DNA of 64,000 nucleotides from Octopus vulgaris (GCA_951406725.2 OX597814.1:176142001-176206000); one strand, 5' to 3'. Shown: positions 40,555 through 53,790, counted from the first letter of the stretch. The notes: generated by a model not told the origin, from the letters alone. Numbers and translations: made by a program.

Positions 40555-41269
40555 TAATCTCCCTTTATTTTGTAGATCGCACGCCAAAGTAGCACCGAAT
40601 AACATATTTAAGGTCCAGTAGACGGATATCTTGTATTCATTTTACAGATTTTTTATTTATACATTTTTTTTGAGTGAACGTGAATGATGGGATTTCAGCT
40701 CAAATTTGTAACGGATCATAACTAAATACCACTAAGTATTTGGCCCTACAGTGTACTACGCTATCTGCTACTCTCTAGCTTCGGCCTTTTATCTTTTTAC
40801 AAACTGTAGTCGACCAGAACTAAATAGATCTTGGGAGGTTTCAATTGTGGGTTTCCACAAAATTGTTTATATTTTCAAGTCATAGAACCTCTTGTCGTCC
40901 TCATATTACTACTTGTACATTGAGGTTGGGGAGAAAACGCCCACCCACCCGCAACAACAATAAGAAACAAACTGTAAGAACGACAACAGCTGCAAGTCGG
41001 AAAATCTATAACGTACAGGATAACTTCCTACGCCTAGCTTGCAAAACCTGTAAGACAACATGATCACTCGATTTCACAAATTTTCTTCAAACAAATACTT
41101 TGATAATAAAGTATCATTAACGCTTGTTTCATGTAACAGTTCCGTCTTCGCTGATAATTACTTCTACTTAAACACACGGGACCATACATAGATATTACCT
41201 ACGTCATGTATGTATGTGTAACCCGAGCTTATACATACATATATACATACATACATATATACATATACG

Positions 41270-41500
41270 TTCTTTTATTTTTTGTTTCAGTCGTTTCAGT
41301 CATTTGACTGCGACCATGCTAGAGCACCGCTTTTAATCGAACAAATCGCCCCCAGGACTTATTTTTTGTAAGCTTAGTATTTATTGTATTGGGCTCTTTT
41401 GCCGAACTGCAAAGTTACGGAGACGTAAACACACCAACATCGGTTGTCAAGCGAGTGGGGGGGGACAAACACAGACACTCAGACATATACACACACACAC

Positions 41501-41535
<35 letters not shown>

Positions 41536-41655
41536 ACGGGCTTCTTTCAGTTTCCGTCTACCAAATCCACTCACAAGGCTTTGGTCGGCCAGAGGCTATA
41601 TAGTAGCAGACACTTGCCTAAGGTGCCACGCTGTGGAACTGAACCCAGTACCATG
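41270..41655 (-). mobile_element. SINE family A lacking its extreme 5' end
   Basis: Reverse complement of the family A body. Confidence 0.9.
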
Positions 41656-41849
41656 TATGTATGTATGTATGTATGTATGTATGTATGTATGTATGTATGT
41701 ATGTATGTATGTACGTACGTACGTATGTATGTACGTACGTATGTATGTATGTATGTATGTATGTATGTATGTATGTATGTATGTATGTACGTACGTACGT
41801 ATGTATGTATGTACGTACGTACGTATGTATGTATGTATGTATGTATGTA

Positions 41850-42086
41850 TCATCTCTGTGGGATTTCAGTGGAGCAAAGATAGCACCTCTTCAGATTGAT
41901 GCTATCGATGTGGTGGTCACCTTAGTGAGTTCCATAATTTTGATATCTCTAAGACACCGTCGGTGTCTTAGTGAGTCTTCTACTATTCATTTATTCCATC
42001 AATTGAGGTGCCTATTCCCTGAAGTGTGGTGCAAGTGGTTGAGTATTCCAAAAATACTTAAATGCTGAATGCCATCCTTGAAGCGG
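41850..42086 (-). mobile_element. Probable LINE 3' end with (CATA)n tail; partial second copy at about 48968-49088
   Basis: AAAGATAGCA...GATGCTATCGATGT...ATAATTTTGATATC.CTAAGACACC...TGTCTTAGTGAGTCTTCTA occurs at both loci, each next to a microsatellite. Confidence 0.55.
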
Positions 42087-44289
42087 AATAAGAGTGACAT
42101 TATGCTAAAAAGCTCGTCCGTGTACACCAGCACTCAATCATTCCTGTGCATTGTATTGTTGATGTGTCATAACAGCTGAATAGATATCCAGACGTATTCT
42201 TTCGTCCAGAAAATTGCAAGTTCGTATCGTATCGTACCATATGTTGTATGGATACGGTGACAAATAACAAAAGAGAATTAAAAAACAAACAAAAAAAACG
42301 GATATAGCGAATTGACATATAGTCAGACGGCTTACGATGTCAGATCGAATACTGACACGAAAGCGAGAGTTTTTATTTATTTATCTATTTATTTATTTAT
42401 TTATTTATGTATTTCCCTTCCCGACCAAATAACGCTTTCTCCCCGTCACGCACACATACACATACAAAAAACACATACACACGCACCTGTGCATGTATAC
42501 ATCACGTATACCACCACTACGTATTCACATGCACACCTACGCACGCAAATACATACACCTACACACAGAATAATTCACCCATGTGCACCTAATCGTGTTT
42601 TTCCTCACACTTCCTCTTTCTCCCCATTCTCCCTCATATTCATTCATAAACGCGACCATATATGTGTGCGCATGCGCGCGTGTACACATGCGTAACATTA
42701 TCTTTATCTCTATCCCTCTCTTCCCTTCTCTCTCCCTGTTTCCTCTTCTCTCTCTTATCCTCTCTATCTCTCTCCTATCCTATCCTCTTCCTTTTCTCGA
42801 GAAAGAAATAACATTGTGCGAGTGTCATGTCTATCTACACTCAACCAACCGCCACCATATTTCTTGCTGCAGAACAATAACAGAACACCCTATCATATAT
42901 ATTATATATATATATATATAATTTTCTTTCGAAAAACATAGATGGCGTAGAAGTGCTCAAGACGAACCCGAGGCCTAGACAAATATAATGGTTATAATCT
43001 GGCAGACTACGATCAACACATACATATACGGGTTTAATTAGGATAAAATAAGAATCGTCCAATCAGAAACATATATAGAAATATAAGAATATATGAATGC
43101 TAAAAATATACATGAAATACTAAAAATATAAATGGACATATAGATACATAGATATGTAAACATAGTAATAATAGAAGATAGATAAAAATAATAATGGAAT
43201 AAAGAAAAAAGACGTTTTTAAAAATTCATAATATAGAGAAAGTAATAAGCATTAAAAAGAGTTTTGGCTAGCATGTTAGAAGAAGATAAGGTGTTTCAAC
43301 GCTCGTTTCAGGAGTACATTAGACACACACACGCACACACACACACACGCACACACAAACGTGTGTTGCCTTTTTAGGAATGTGCGACTACTAGGAGGTG
43401 TGGATTCCCAGTTACCTCGCTTCCACCCCTTTTAGTCGCCTTTCACGTCACATAGGGAATATGGCAACTGCATTTTACCGGCCTTCCTCTCAGTTTCAGG
43501 TTAGGGGTTGCTAGTTAACCCATAGCTGAGACCCTTACAGGTGTTACCACTTCAGGTCGAAGTAGATCTGGGAACACTAGTGGCTAAGAGATGGTTCCAC
43601 ACTTCCCAAACCCCGAAACCAGAGCCCCAGGGTCCCACTACCGGATGTAGTTTACAGTTATACCCAGGTGATTAGAGGTGTTGGAGAGGCAAGAGAGTTT
43701 ATAAATGATACGAAAGCTTGGAGAGTGTTTGTGGACGAATGAGTGAATTTCATATTGCTCAAAGGGGTACGGAACCAGCATGATGCGACGTGGATAAACT
43801 AGCATATGCTGTCGGACGTAGCTGCTGATATTAGGGGTTGCTTTCTATACATTGACCCGTGCATAGCTGGGGCTCACCTCTTTGAGCTGGGAAATGAATG
43901 GAATGCCTGGTGAGTGTCTTGTTGTGGCTACCCGCTCCTAAAAATGGGGAATAGACCTGGGTATAAGATCCAAGGATCAAGATACAGTAAGATAATAAGC
44001 TTCGAGCAGTCTGTAGAAGGTATAAAATAAAACAACTTTCAGAAACAATAGTAGTTTATTGACGTACAAGGTTGTAAATCATTCCCTAATCGAAATTCGA
44101 TAAGCTGAAAAAATAGTTTTATAGCAGTACGGGTTACTGAGTATGCAAATAGAAATCCAAAATTTGGACCGACGAGTAACTAGCGGATTAACTTTCGTTT
44201 GGATAATTACTGCTTCCAAGGTTCTGCTAGCTATGAAACAGACGTAGCACTCCATTCCAGAATCTTATATATATGTGTGTGTGTGTGTA

Positions 44290-44340
<51 letters not shown>

Positions 44341-44365
44341 CATTCATATATACATACGTACAATC

Positions 44366-44426
<61 letters not shown>

Positions 44427-44430
<4 letters not shown>

Positions 44431-44585
44431 ATCCAAACAAGAAAACACAAAAAAAACAAAAAACACAACAACGCGAGGACGTGGAACAAATAAAGTATTA
44501 TTGGACGCTCGGGAAAGAAGGGAAGAAGAAGGGTTTAACGTTTCGAGCGGAGCTCTTCGTCGGAAACATAGGAGAAGGAAAGATA
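44427..44585 (-). mobile_element. (TA)n-embedded element with minimal hammerhead-like motif
   Basis: Minus strand GTTT-CCGACGA-A-GAGC-TCC-GCTC-GAAA-CG-TT-AAAC (44533-44567); (TA)n on both sides. Confidence 0.7.
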
Positions 44586-44929
44586 TATATACAGCCTCAT
44601 CTCTTGAACTTCCACATTATTTAAATACGTCTTGGTATACTATTCTCAAACAGAAAAATAACGGAGATTATTTTCGAATCTTTCATAGTTTTTTCATTAA
44701 ATTTAGCTTGGATATTGTAGCGAACGTTATGTTGTGCATAAAATATTCGTTAATCAATAATCTTTTTGTCTTTTATATCTATTCATTGTTAACGAAATGC
44801 GACATATTTACTGTGCGAATAAGCAAAAAAAAAAACATTAAATATTGTTTTGCGATGTATTTACTCTGCGGTTAAAAAGTTTGACGAAGAATCTATCAAA
44901 ATTGTTTTCAGCATAAACATGAATTTATT

Positions 44930-45523
44930 CATTTATTGCTCACAGGGGGTTAAACATAGGTGGGGGACAAACAAGGACAGACAAACGGATTAAGTCGATT
45001 ACATCGACCCCAGTGCGTAACTGGTACTTATTTTATCGACCCCAAAAGGATGAAAGGCAATGTCGACCTCGGTGTAATTTGAACTCAGAACATAACGGCA
45101 GACGAAATACCTATTTCTTTACTACCCACAAGGGGCTAAACACAGAGGACAAACAAGGACAGACAAACGGATTAAGTCGATTACATCGACCCCAGTGCGT
45201 AACTGGTACTTATTTTATCGACCCCAAAAGGATGAAAGGCAATGTCGACCTCGGTGTAATTTGAACTCAGAACATAACGGCAGACGAAATACCTATTTCT
45301 TTACTACCCACAAGGGGCTAAACACAGAGGACAAACAAGGACAGACAAACGGATTAAGTCGATTATATCGACCCAGTGCGTAACTGGTACTTAATTTATC
45401 AACCCCGAAAGGATGAAAGGCAAAGTCGACCTCGGCGGAATTTGAACTCAGAACGTAGCGGCAGACGAAATACAGTTCAGCATTTCGCCCGGCGTGCTAA
45501 TGATTCCGCCAGCGCGCCGCCCT
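44930..45523 (-). mobile_element. SINE family B trimer (one full head plus two extra units of about 182 bp) inside one TSD
   Basis: 182-bp period (identical ORF starts at 45013 and 45195); AACATGAATTTATT at 44916-44929 and 45527-45540. Confidence 0.9.
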
Positions 45524-46393
45524 ATGAACATGAATTTATTTGCGATTTCTTTACCTACGGTATAATTACTTGCGATGAAATTACAGAGGATGTATTTACC
45601 ACGTTGTAATTTATCAATGAATTTACTGGACACCGTCAATTATTTCAAATACTCTTATATTACAGTTGATTATTTTATCGACACAACCCTCCTAAATAAT
45701 TAAAGATATTTTTTTAGTCACCATCGGATACGATCAAAATTAGAACACATAATTCCATAACTAAACACCGTAAACATTATAGTTCTGACACTCTGCTAAT
45801 TCTTCCAAATCACCATTCTCGCCATCATTTATATTCAAAACGACCTCACGACTTTTCTTTATTATCTCATTTGTAAAGCAGGCCAAAATAATTCATCCAA
45901 GAAACACTGCTTAAGAATGTAGTAAACAAATCAATTACAGTTAAAAAATTAAAATTAAAATTTTGCAATATTTGTTGATGTCACTACTTAATTACAGTCT
46001 TTTTTTTTCTTGCTTGTTTATGCAAAAATATGTGTAATATGGTTCGCGTGGAGGCAAACTGATATTATTTTTTATTAAATCTGATATGTAAAGAATTAAT
46101 TTAATAAAGCTTCAGAAATCTTATCATGACTTTTAAATGAATATGAAAATTAATTTTCTTTATTACTCGAACACAAACATTATGGTCAGGGTAAAATTTT
46201 CATTACAATGGAAATAAAACATTTAAATGAATTCCCAATATTTTTGTTTGGGTGATAGAAACAGCCGAGTAGCAAACAAAATACTCTGTGATATTTTATT
46301 ACATTCCTGTAAGTTCTGAGTTCATATCCCTTCGATGTCATCTTTGTCTTTCATTTTTCTGAAGTCTAAAGAAGACAACATAAGTAATTTGCC

Positions 46394-47061
46394 GGATCTT
46401 TACCTTTTGACAAACAGATTTAAAAAATAATTTTTTGTAACTAAACACTTTCAAACTTCGGACACTAGTATAATGTGTCATATAAAACATATTTTACTCT
46501 TAGTGTTTTTCAGAAAAACATATTTACGAAGTAATTTCACGTTAAAGTAGTCGTATTTCGGTAATTTCAGTCAATCAATGACGTGTATTCAGCTGAATAA
46601 AATTACTGCCGTTGTTTGTCAACCAGAACTACCGGCGGTGTACTTTTCGCTTCTCACTGTTATTTATGACAACCCTAACCCTAACCCTAACACCCTAACC
46701 CTAAAATCCTAACCCTAAAATCCCTAAAATCCTAACCCTAACCCTAAAACCTTAAAGGTAAAACCAGTACAAACGCACGAACGATGTCATGAATAACAGT
46801 GACAAACGAAAAGTACACCGCCGGTAGTTCTGTTGACAAACAACGGCAGTAATTTCATTCAGCTGAATACACGTCATTGATTGGTTGAAATTACCGAAAT
46901 ACAACTACTTTAACGTGAAATTACTTCGTAAATATGTTTTTCTGAAAAATGCTAAGAGTAAAAGATGTTTTATATGACACATTCTACTAGTGTCCGAAGT
47001 TTGAAAGTGTTTAGTTACAAAAAATTATATCTTAAATCTGTAGGTCAAAAGGTAAAGATCC
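46394..47061. mobile_element. Foldback element with about 280-bp arms, central (CCCTAA)n-like spacer and 8-bp TSD
   Basis: AATTTGCC|GGATCTTTACCTTTTGAC ... GTCAAAAGGTAAAGATCC|AATTTGCC; spacer about 46671-46755 of CCCTAA variants. Confidence 0.95.
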
Positions 47062-47552
47062 AATTTGCCTTGTTCCTATGTTAAAAAGTATCGTATAGGA
47101 ACTTTAAAAATCTTGATGGCATGCTGGAAAAGTAGAGCGCGTTATACTAGTGTATTGCACTTCTTTATATTCCGTTTTTGTATTTGGTTTGCAAAATTCT
47201 TGATTCGAATTTACGTGTTGAAACAAATTTTGTCTGCAAACCTTGTGGCCTTGGATCGAGAAGGAAAGTTACGAAGTCATTGAAAAGGTCGCAGAAAGAA
47301 CTTCGACTAACAAACAACCGATCGATTGTTTAAACCGTACATTAAACAAACGATCGTTTAGTTAATTTATTAAATATTTAATCAATTGTCTAATAATAAA
47401 GAAGTAGAACTGAAGCTGTGAATGTTATTATATTTATAGTTTAAATACTCTCTGTGACAACTTGCTCACTAGGTTCGAAATATTTGCATTCGCGTATTCT
47501 ACATTCATCGCTGTAATGTCCGTTAATTTCAGTATCATGCCTTTCTTTCAGT

Positions 47553-47782
47553 ACTCTTTTACTCTTTTACTTGTTTCAGTCATTTGACTATGGCCATGCT
47601 GGAGCAACGCCTTTAGTCGAGCAAATCGACCCCAGGACTTGTTTTTTTATAAGCCTAGTACTTATTCTATCGGTCTCTTTTGCCGAACCGCTAAGTTACG
47701 GGGACGTAAACACACCAGCATCGGTTGTCAAGTGATATTTGGGGGACAAAAATATACACACATACATACATACATACATACA

Positions 47783-47864
<82 letters not shown>

Positions 47865-48040
47865 CATACATATACACGACGGGCTTCTTTCAGTTTCTGT
47901 CTACCAAATCCACTCACAAGGCTTTGGTTGTCCCAAGGCTACAGTAGAAGACACTTGTCGAAGGTGCCACGCAGTGGGATTGAACCCGGAACCATGTGGT
48001 TCGTAAGCAAGCTACTTACTACACAGCCACTCCTACACCT
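47553..48040 (-). mobile_element. Full-length SINE family A
   Basis: Complete head-to-tail match with internal (TA)n(TATG)n. Confidence 0.92.
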
Positions 48041-48886
48041 ACATTTAGGTTTTGTGAGGTAAAATATGATATTGTATTTGTCATCTCATATTTCCAGTAG
48101 AATGTGTCAACAACCTCAACCAAACCTTTCGTTAAAGTAAGAAATTATTGAAACAACCGTCATAGATACATCTCTAAACTAAGCAAGCCAGTTGCGTTTC
48201 TTGGTAAAAACGATTTCAGTTCTCTTGCATCACTGATACCTTTTGACAAGATGTGACCGTCATAACGTCCGAGTTTTCAGATAGCCTCCTAAATCAACGC
48301 AGACCACATATTTATGCGTGAATCTAACTTCATACAGTTAGATTAGCTGAAAATAGCGCGGTTTCCTAATTTCAAATTATACCGTGTCCATAAATTCAAT
48401 CAATTTCAAGGATGTTGTATAATGCTTTTACTTCAGATCAAAAGTATTTAATTATGAATGAGATTGACTGGGTGGATCTCCTTCTCTGAACTACTTTCAC
48501 AAATTAGGTAGACTTTACATTGCGAACTTTCCGAAATGTCTCATCACTCTTACATTACTGACGCTGTTTTCAGTTGTAAAATTTCCGAACATGTAACACT
48601 TGCATCGTTAACTGGGCTGTTGAAGGTTAAATTTTGTTCATGGAAATAAGGTAACAGAGACAAAGGAAACGAAAAGCTGGCCTCCTGTTTGACTGCTTAT
48701 CCGACGCTTCGTTTACTCGGCGCGCTGCGTCATTTCACGGGATGAAAAGGCAATTCGGCAACGTTCGAAATTCCTAAACTTCCTATGAAAATTATCAATC
48801 CATTAGATCGTTTAGATTAGGACACTAATCTGTCAAAATATTCATCAACAACAAATTAAATGTGTGTGAATAAATAAGCGTAGTTG

Positions 48887-48887
<1 letters not shown>

Positions 48888-48965
<78 letters not shown>
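48888..48965. repeat. (TTA)n microsatellite
   Basis: Direct. Confidence 0.97.
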
Positions 48966-48967
<2 letters not shown>

Positions 48968-49689
48968 CAATGGAACAAAGATAGCATCTTTTCAGACTGA
49001 TGCTATCGATGTAGTTAGTTCACTTTTCTGAGTTCGATAATTTTGATATCCCTAAGACACCACATCTGTCTTAGTGAGTCTTCTAATATTATACCTTGTA
49101 CATATTTATGAATATTGGTTTCGTCTTGGCTACGGAGAAGACGATACGATCTTAACAACCAGAAATAAAGAGATATGATATTCACTGCATTTGTGAAAGG
49201 CAGTGAATATTATATTGTATGGATCACCATAGATTTCAACCTTCCAGGAATCGACAAAGAACATCACACTCAACTAGCCTAGAGATATTTCCCCATATAC
49301 GTCAGCTATATTGATTTTGAAGATCGATTTCTGAATTTGAAGGGAAATTAGGTGGGTTCTGTAATAAAAAGTTTTATGTGACTTGATCAAAGTGTTCCTA
49401 ATGTCAATCGCTATCACACACTATTCGTTGATGTAATAGGATAAATCTTAGTAATTTCAGGAGTATTCTTTTCTTTCTGTTTTTTTTTTATTCCTTGTCG
49501 GTTTCAAATTGACCTTTTATTGTAATGGAACATAACAGTAAATTTCACAGTCGTTGTAAACTTTTAACAAATGTCATGGATGTAAGTACACACATATTAA
49601 AAAACAGATGAATACAAAGTACTATTCTTTGATGTAACTGATACAGCAAATATGTGCGTGTGTTCGTATGTATGCATGTCTCTTTTATT

Positions 49690-51545
49690 TTTTAATTATT
49701 ATAAATCTTCCACAGAGGAGGGAGCCGGTTTCCAACAAAGTTACAACATTCCACCTTTGGGATGTAGTTAACACAGACTAATTCACATTTGGAACTTTAG
49801 AAAAGTCTTGCATATTTTTAATTATTCCATTCACAGATTGCACTTGTAATGTACGAATCAGCCGGTCAATTTCTCTTTCTGAAAATCCCAGTTTATCCAG
49901 ATTCTCCTTTAAGCATTTACTAACAAAACCTAGTGCTCCCATTATTATTGGTATGAATATGAATTCATAGTCTGGTCTGGATATAGAAGCTGGAGTTTTC
50001 GAAGCACTTGTCGATAGATATCCTCTTTTTCTTTGATTTTCAAAGAGATATTCATAATTGCAGGGCAAGTAACCTCTATGATGGTACATACCTTTGCCCC
50101 TCAGTCCCAAACAACAATATCGGGCCTGTTATGCTTACATTTGATAGAAGATTTGATGGGAATATTCCACCAGTATTCTTCCTTGAGTCGGTCTTTATGA
50201 ACGTATTCTATAACAGAGGGATTTTATAAGTTTTTTCATGGCAGATTTTTTTTTTTGTGGATGGCATTTTAAATTGTTTTAGCAACAACATTGACCGTAT
50301 AGGGAGGTAGTACCGTGACATTTTAGGACAGCTGTTAATCACATGTGTAACGTCTTCCACAGAAACATGACATAGCCTACACATACAGTTGCACCTTGGG
50401 ATTACAAGAGTGTCACTGTCTCTCTTGTTCGCCGGGTACTTTGTGGCAATCTCCTGTTGCTGGATTGCAAACGCGTAGCCTTCAAAGTGTGATGAGATGT
50501 AGTGGTCTTGTTTCCAAGAAAGGCTGCGCTTCGTGTCAATTCCACTGTCTTCTTCCAGCTTCCGGACAACATACCCATGGTTGATCTTTTTTTTTTCTTT
50601 TTTGCATGCTGAGTGCTTTCCATCCAGGTCTTCTCTGAGGTAAGAGAGCCAGCTGTTTTGGGGCTGTATATGAGATCATCAAGGAGAGAGTGCTTCGTGA
50701 GGAGTTCACTGCCAACTCGTACAATGTTGCTCACTTCACTTTTCAGGACTGCATTTATATATTTATTTTTGCTGCTGTTGTTTAGCAGGTGCTGCCTGAA
50801 TGATACGGCATTCGAGGGGCGTCTACACTGATCTCAGGACTCTCAGGCCTCTACCACCTTCATTTCTTCTTAGATAGAGCCTGTCAACATCACTGTTTTT
50901 GTGGAAGTTCCCAGTTGTTGTTACGATTTTGCGGATTTTGATACCTACGGAGTGGATTTCCCCTACAGACCAATCAAGTACCCCAAATATTGGGATCAGC
51001 ACTGGTACTGAAAATGCATTGTGGGATACTGTTTTGTTGTAAAAGGAGAGTTCCGACTGCCATATTATCCTAAGTCTGGTGTAATATTCTCGGGTCGCTC
51101 TATCTTTATTCACAGTGCTTTCATATGATACGTTTCTGTCTATGCCTAGGTACTTGTAACATTGTTTGTGCGGAATTGGGGAGATAGAGAGACCGTTGAC
51201 TCACCGGTTTTAAGTTTGGGGGACTGACTTTCCTCGTTCTATAACCAAATATGAACATTTCTTTTGGCCAAATTCCATGCCTATATCAGTTGAAATTGTT
51301 ATTAATTCCAGTTGTTTTTTTGTTTTGTTTTGTCTTGGCATTGTTAACACTTTTAACATAAATCTTCAGATCGTCTGCAAAGAAATTATGAGTTACATTG
51401 ATATTTCTGGCAGCTGAAGATCCTAGCATGTAATCATTTGTTTCTTGCAGTAGGAACGATAATGGATTCAGTGCCAAAATGAAAAGAAGTACAGAAAGAC
51501 TATCTGTCTGGAATATTCCCTTTGTGATGCCTATACTATTAGAAA
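49690..51545 (-). mobile_element. 5'-truncated decayed R4/Dong-like non-LTR retrotransposon (RT, CCHC knuckle, restriction-like endonuclease, 3' UTR)
   Basis: KGIFQTDSLSVLLFILALNPLS, HNFFADDLKIY, DVDRLYLRRNEGGRGL, CRLCHVSVEDVTHVINSC, RPDIVVWD...IIEVTCP, FIPIIMGALG; many frameshifts. Confidence 0.88.
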
Positions 51546-51549
51546 CAAT

Positions 51550-51705
51550 TATTCGCTACGTTCTGGGTTCAAATTCCGCAGAGGTCGACTTTGCCTTTCA
51601 TCCTTTCGAGGCCGATAGATTAAGTACCAGTTACGCACTGGAGTCAATGCAAATGACTAGTCCCCTCCCACCAAATTTCAGGCCTTTTGCCTTCAATAGA
51701 AAGGA
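51550..51705 (+). mobile_element. SINE family B fragment
   Basis: GCTACGTTCTGGGTTCAAATTCCGCAGAGGTCGACTTTGCCTTTCATCCTTTCG. Confidence 0.85.
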
Positions 51706-52027
51706 AAAGGACAGCTGACCTCCAAAAAAATAAAATCACTACGCTGAACTATTGAGGAATCTATAGCTATCCAGATTGCAAGTTCAGGTTTATACCTGTA
51801 ATTAATAGGGCACTGGGATATGTACCACACTGCTTAAATAACAATCTTGAGAAATTCGGCTTCTCAAAACCAGAAAAGGGAAAGCTGATGCGAAGACTAC
51901 AGATCCAAGCCATTACTGGAACTGTTAAAATTTCAAAAACTTTCCAGAAGATTTATCATTTAAGTATATCCATGTCTAGACATGCATAAGAATACATACA
52001 TAAAACAAGACATACAAATCTTCACAT
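51700..52027 (+). mobile_element. 3' end of a second R4/Dong-like LINE subfamily
   Basis: FRFIPVIIGALGYVPHCLNNNLEKFGFSKPEKGKLMRRLQIQAITGTVKI parallels the C-terminus in ORF 49778..50110. Confidence 0.8.
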
Positions 52028-52029
52028 AT

Positions 52030-52216
52030 AGGCGTAGGAGTGGCTGTGTGGTAAGTAGCTTGCTTACGAACCACATGGTTCTGGATTCAGTCCCACTGCG
52101 TGGCATCTTGGGCAAGTGTCTTCTACTATAGCCTCGGGGCGACCAAAGCCTTGTGAGTGGATTTGGTAGACAGAAACTGAAAGAAGCCCGTCGTATATAT
52201 ATATGTGCGTTTGTGT

Positions 52217-52262
<46 letters not shown>

Positions 52263-52464
52263 TTGTGTCTGTGGTTGTCCCTCCCCCAACATCGCTTGAC
52301 AACCGATACTGGTATGTTTACGGCCCCGTAACTTAACGGTTCGGCAAAAGAGACCGATAGAATAAGTACTAGGCTTACAAAGAATAAGTCCTGGGGTCGA
52401 TTTGCTCGACTAAAGGCGGTGCTCCAGCATGGCCACAGTCAAATGACTGAAACAAGTAAAAGAG
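52030..52464 (+). mobile_element. Full-length SINE family A
   Basis: Complete match with internal (TG)n. Confidence 0.93.
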
Positions 52465-52519
52465 TATATACATGCATACATACATACATACATACATACA
52501 TACATACATACATACATAC

Positions 52520-52550
<31 letters not shown>

Positions 52551-52556
52551 CATACA

Positions 52557-52588
<32 letters not shown>

Positions 52589-52635
52589 GACAGAGTCAGA
52601 CGGACGGACAGACAGACAGCTAGCTGGATGGATAT

Positions 52636-52736
<101 letters not shown>

Positions 52737-53407
52737 CACGCAGAAATATTCTATAACTCATTGTACGAGAAAAATCATTATTATTTGATATCGAATATTT
52801 AGGAAATATTCGATATCAAAAGAAAACAGCTGATAAATGTCGTGCTGAATGTCACTGCGATAAAATCCATATCCGATAAATGAAGTGTTAATAAAAAAAA
52901 ATCTTAACGTATATCAAAGAGCGCTTATTCTTGACCTAAATTAAAATTGACAGAACCATCTGAGCTAAATGCACACCTGAGACCAAAACAGGATAAGTGG
53001 TTATTGGTATCAGTAGTAGAGTAAAAGATACTAGAGCTTTTCCACATGACAGAAGTGTATCAAGGATGATAAAGAGAAATAGCTAGTGAAGTAGATAGAG
53101 ATCAATGCGTTTTTGAACAAACCAACACGACGTTGTTTAATGTTTCATACGTATTTGATTTAATATTCGATTTACGAACTGCGTAAGGCATGCAGTACAC
53201 ATATGCATGATACCTACATACAAACATATTCGTTGTTCGAAAAAAAAGTTCGTTTTCTATGTCTTTGTTTTCATGTTTTCGTTTCTCATTGTGTTAACGT
53301 TTTTTTTTATGTCCTGTACCCATATATGCATGTATATATACATATATATGTAGATATGTACATATGTGTATGTATATAAGCTTAGATTTATATTATATAT
53401 ATATATA

Positions 53408-53789
53408 TCTCTCTATATATAAACGGCAGTTTGTCTGTGTGTGTTTCTGTGTGTCTGTTAGGTTGTACCCTCACCCTGACCACGGCTTTCAACCGATTCT
53501 GATGAAACTTGACACACACATAGCCCAATGTCATAATTCAAAACTAACACAGCGAAAATTTTGAAAAGTTCTCCCAGTTCTGAAAAAATCGATAAATTCG
53601 ATATGGGGTCGAGAATCAGAAACACAAACCACAGACTGTCTAGGGGGCGCAACTCCACCTTTTTAACTCTCAAACAAAAATTTACCATAATTTTTTTCCA
53701 TTTTTTGGCTATTTTTTGGCTATAACTCTCTAAAAATGCTTTATAGTTATTTCCCTTACAAACCCGAGCAACGCCGGGCGATACTGCTA

Positions 53790-53790
<1 letters not shown>
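53408..53790 (+). mobile_element. Non-autonomous Helitron
   Basis: A|TC start, hairpin CCCGAGCAACGCCGGG at 53763-53778, CTAG|T end, no TSD. Confidence 0.88.

Noticed and set aside
41855-41900. Hammerhead-like CTGAAGA-GGTG...CACT-GAAA on the minus strand
   Set aside because: No stem I partner, and the second copy near 48970-49000 does not keep the core.
43385-43670. GC-richer stretch suggestive of a retroelement end or structured RNA
   Set aside because: Single copy in this window and no fold or TSD I could verify.
44930-45523. CRISPR-like or coding tandem array
   Set aside because: Units are whole SINE segments with no unique spacers, in a eukaryotic context.
53499-53512. CTGATGAAAC string
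   Set aside because: No room for stem II; internal Helitron sequence.
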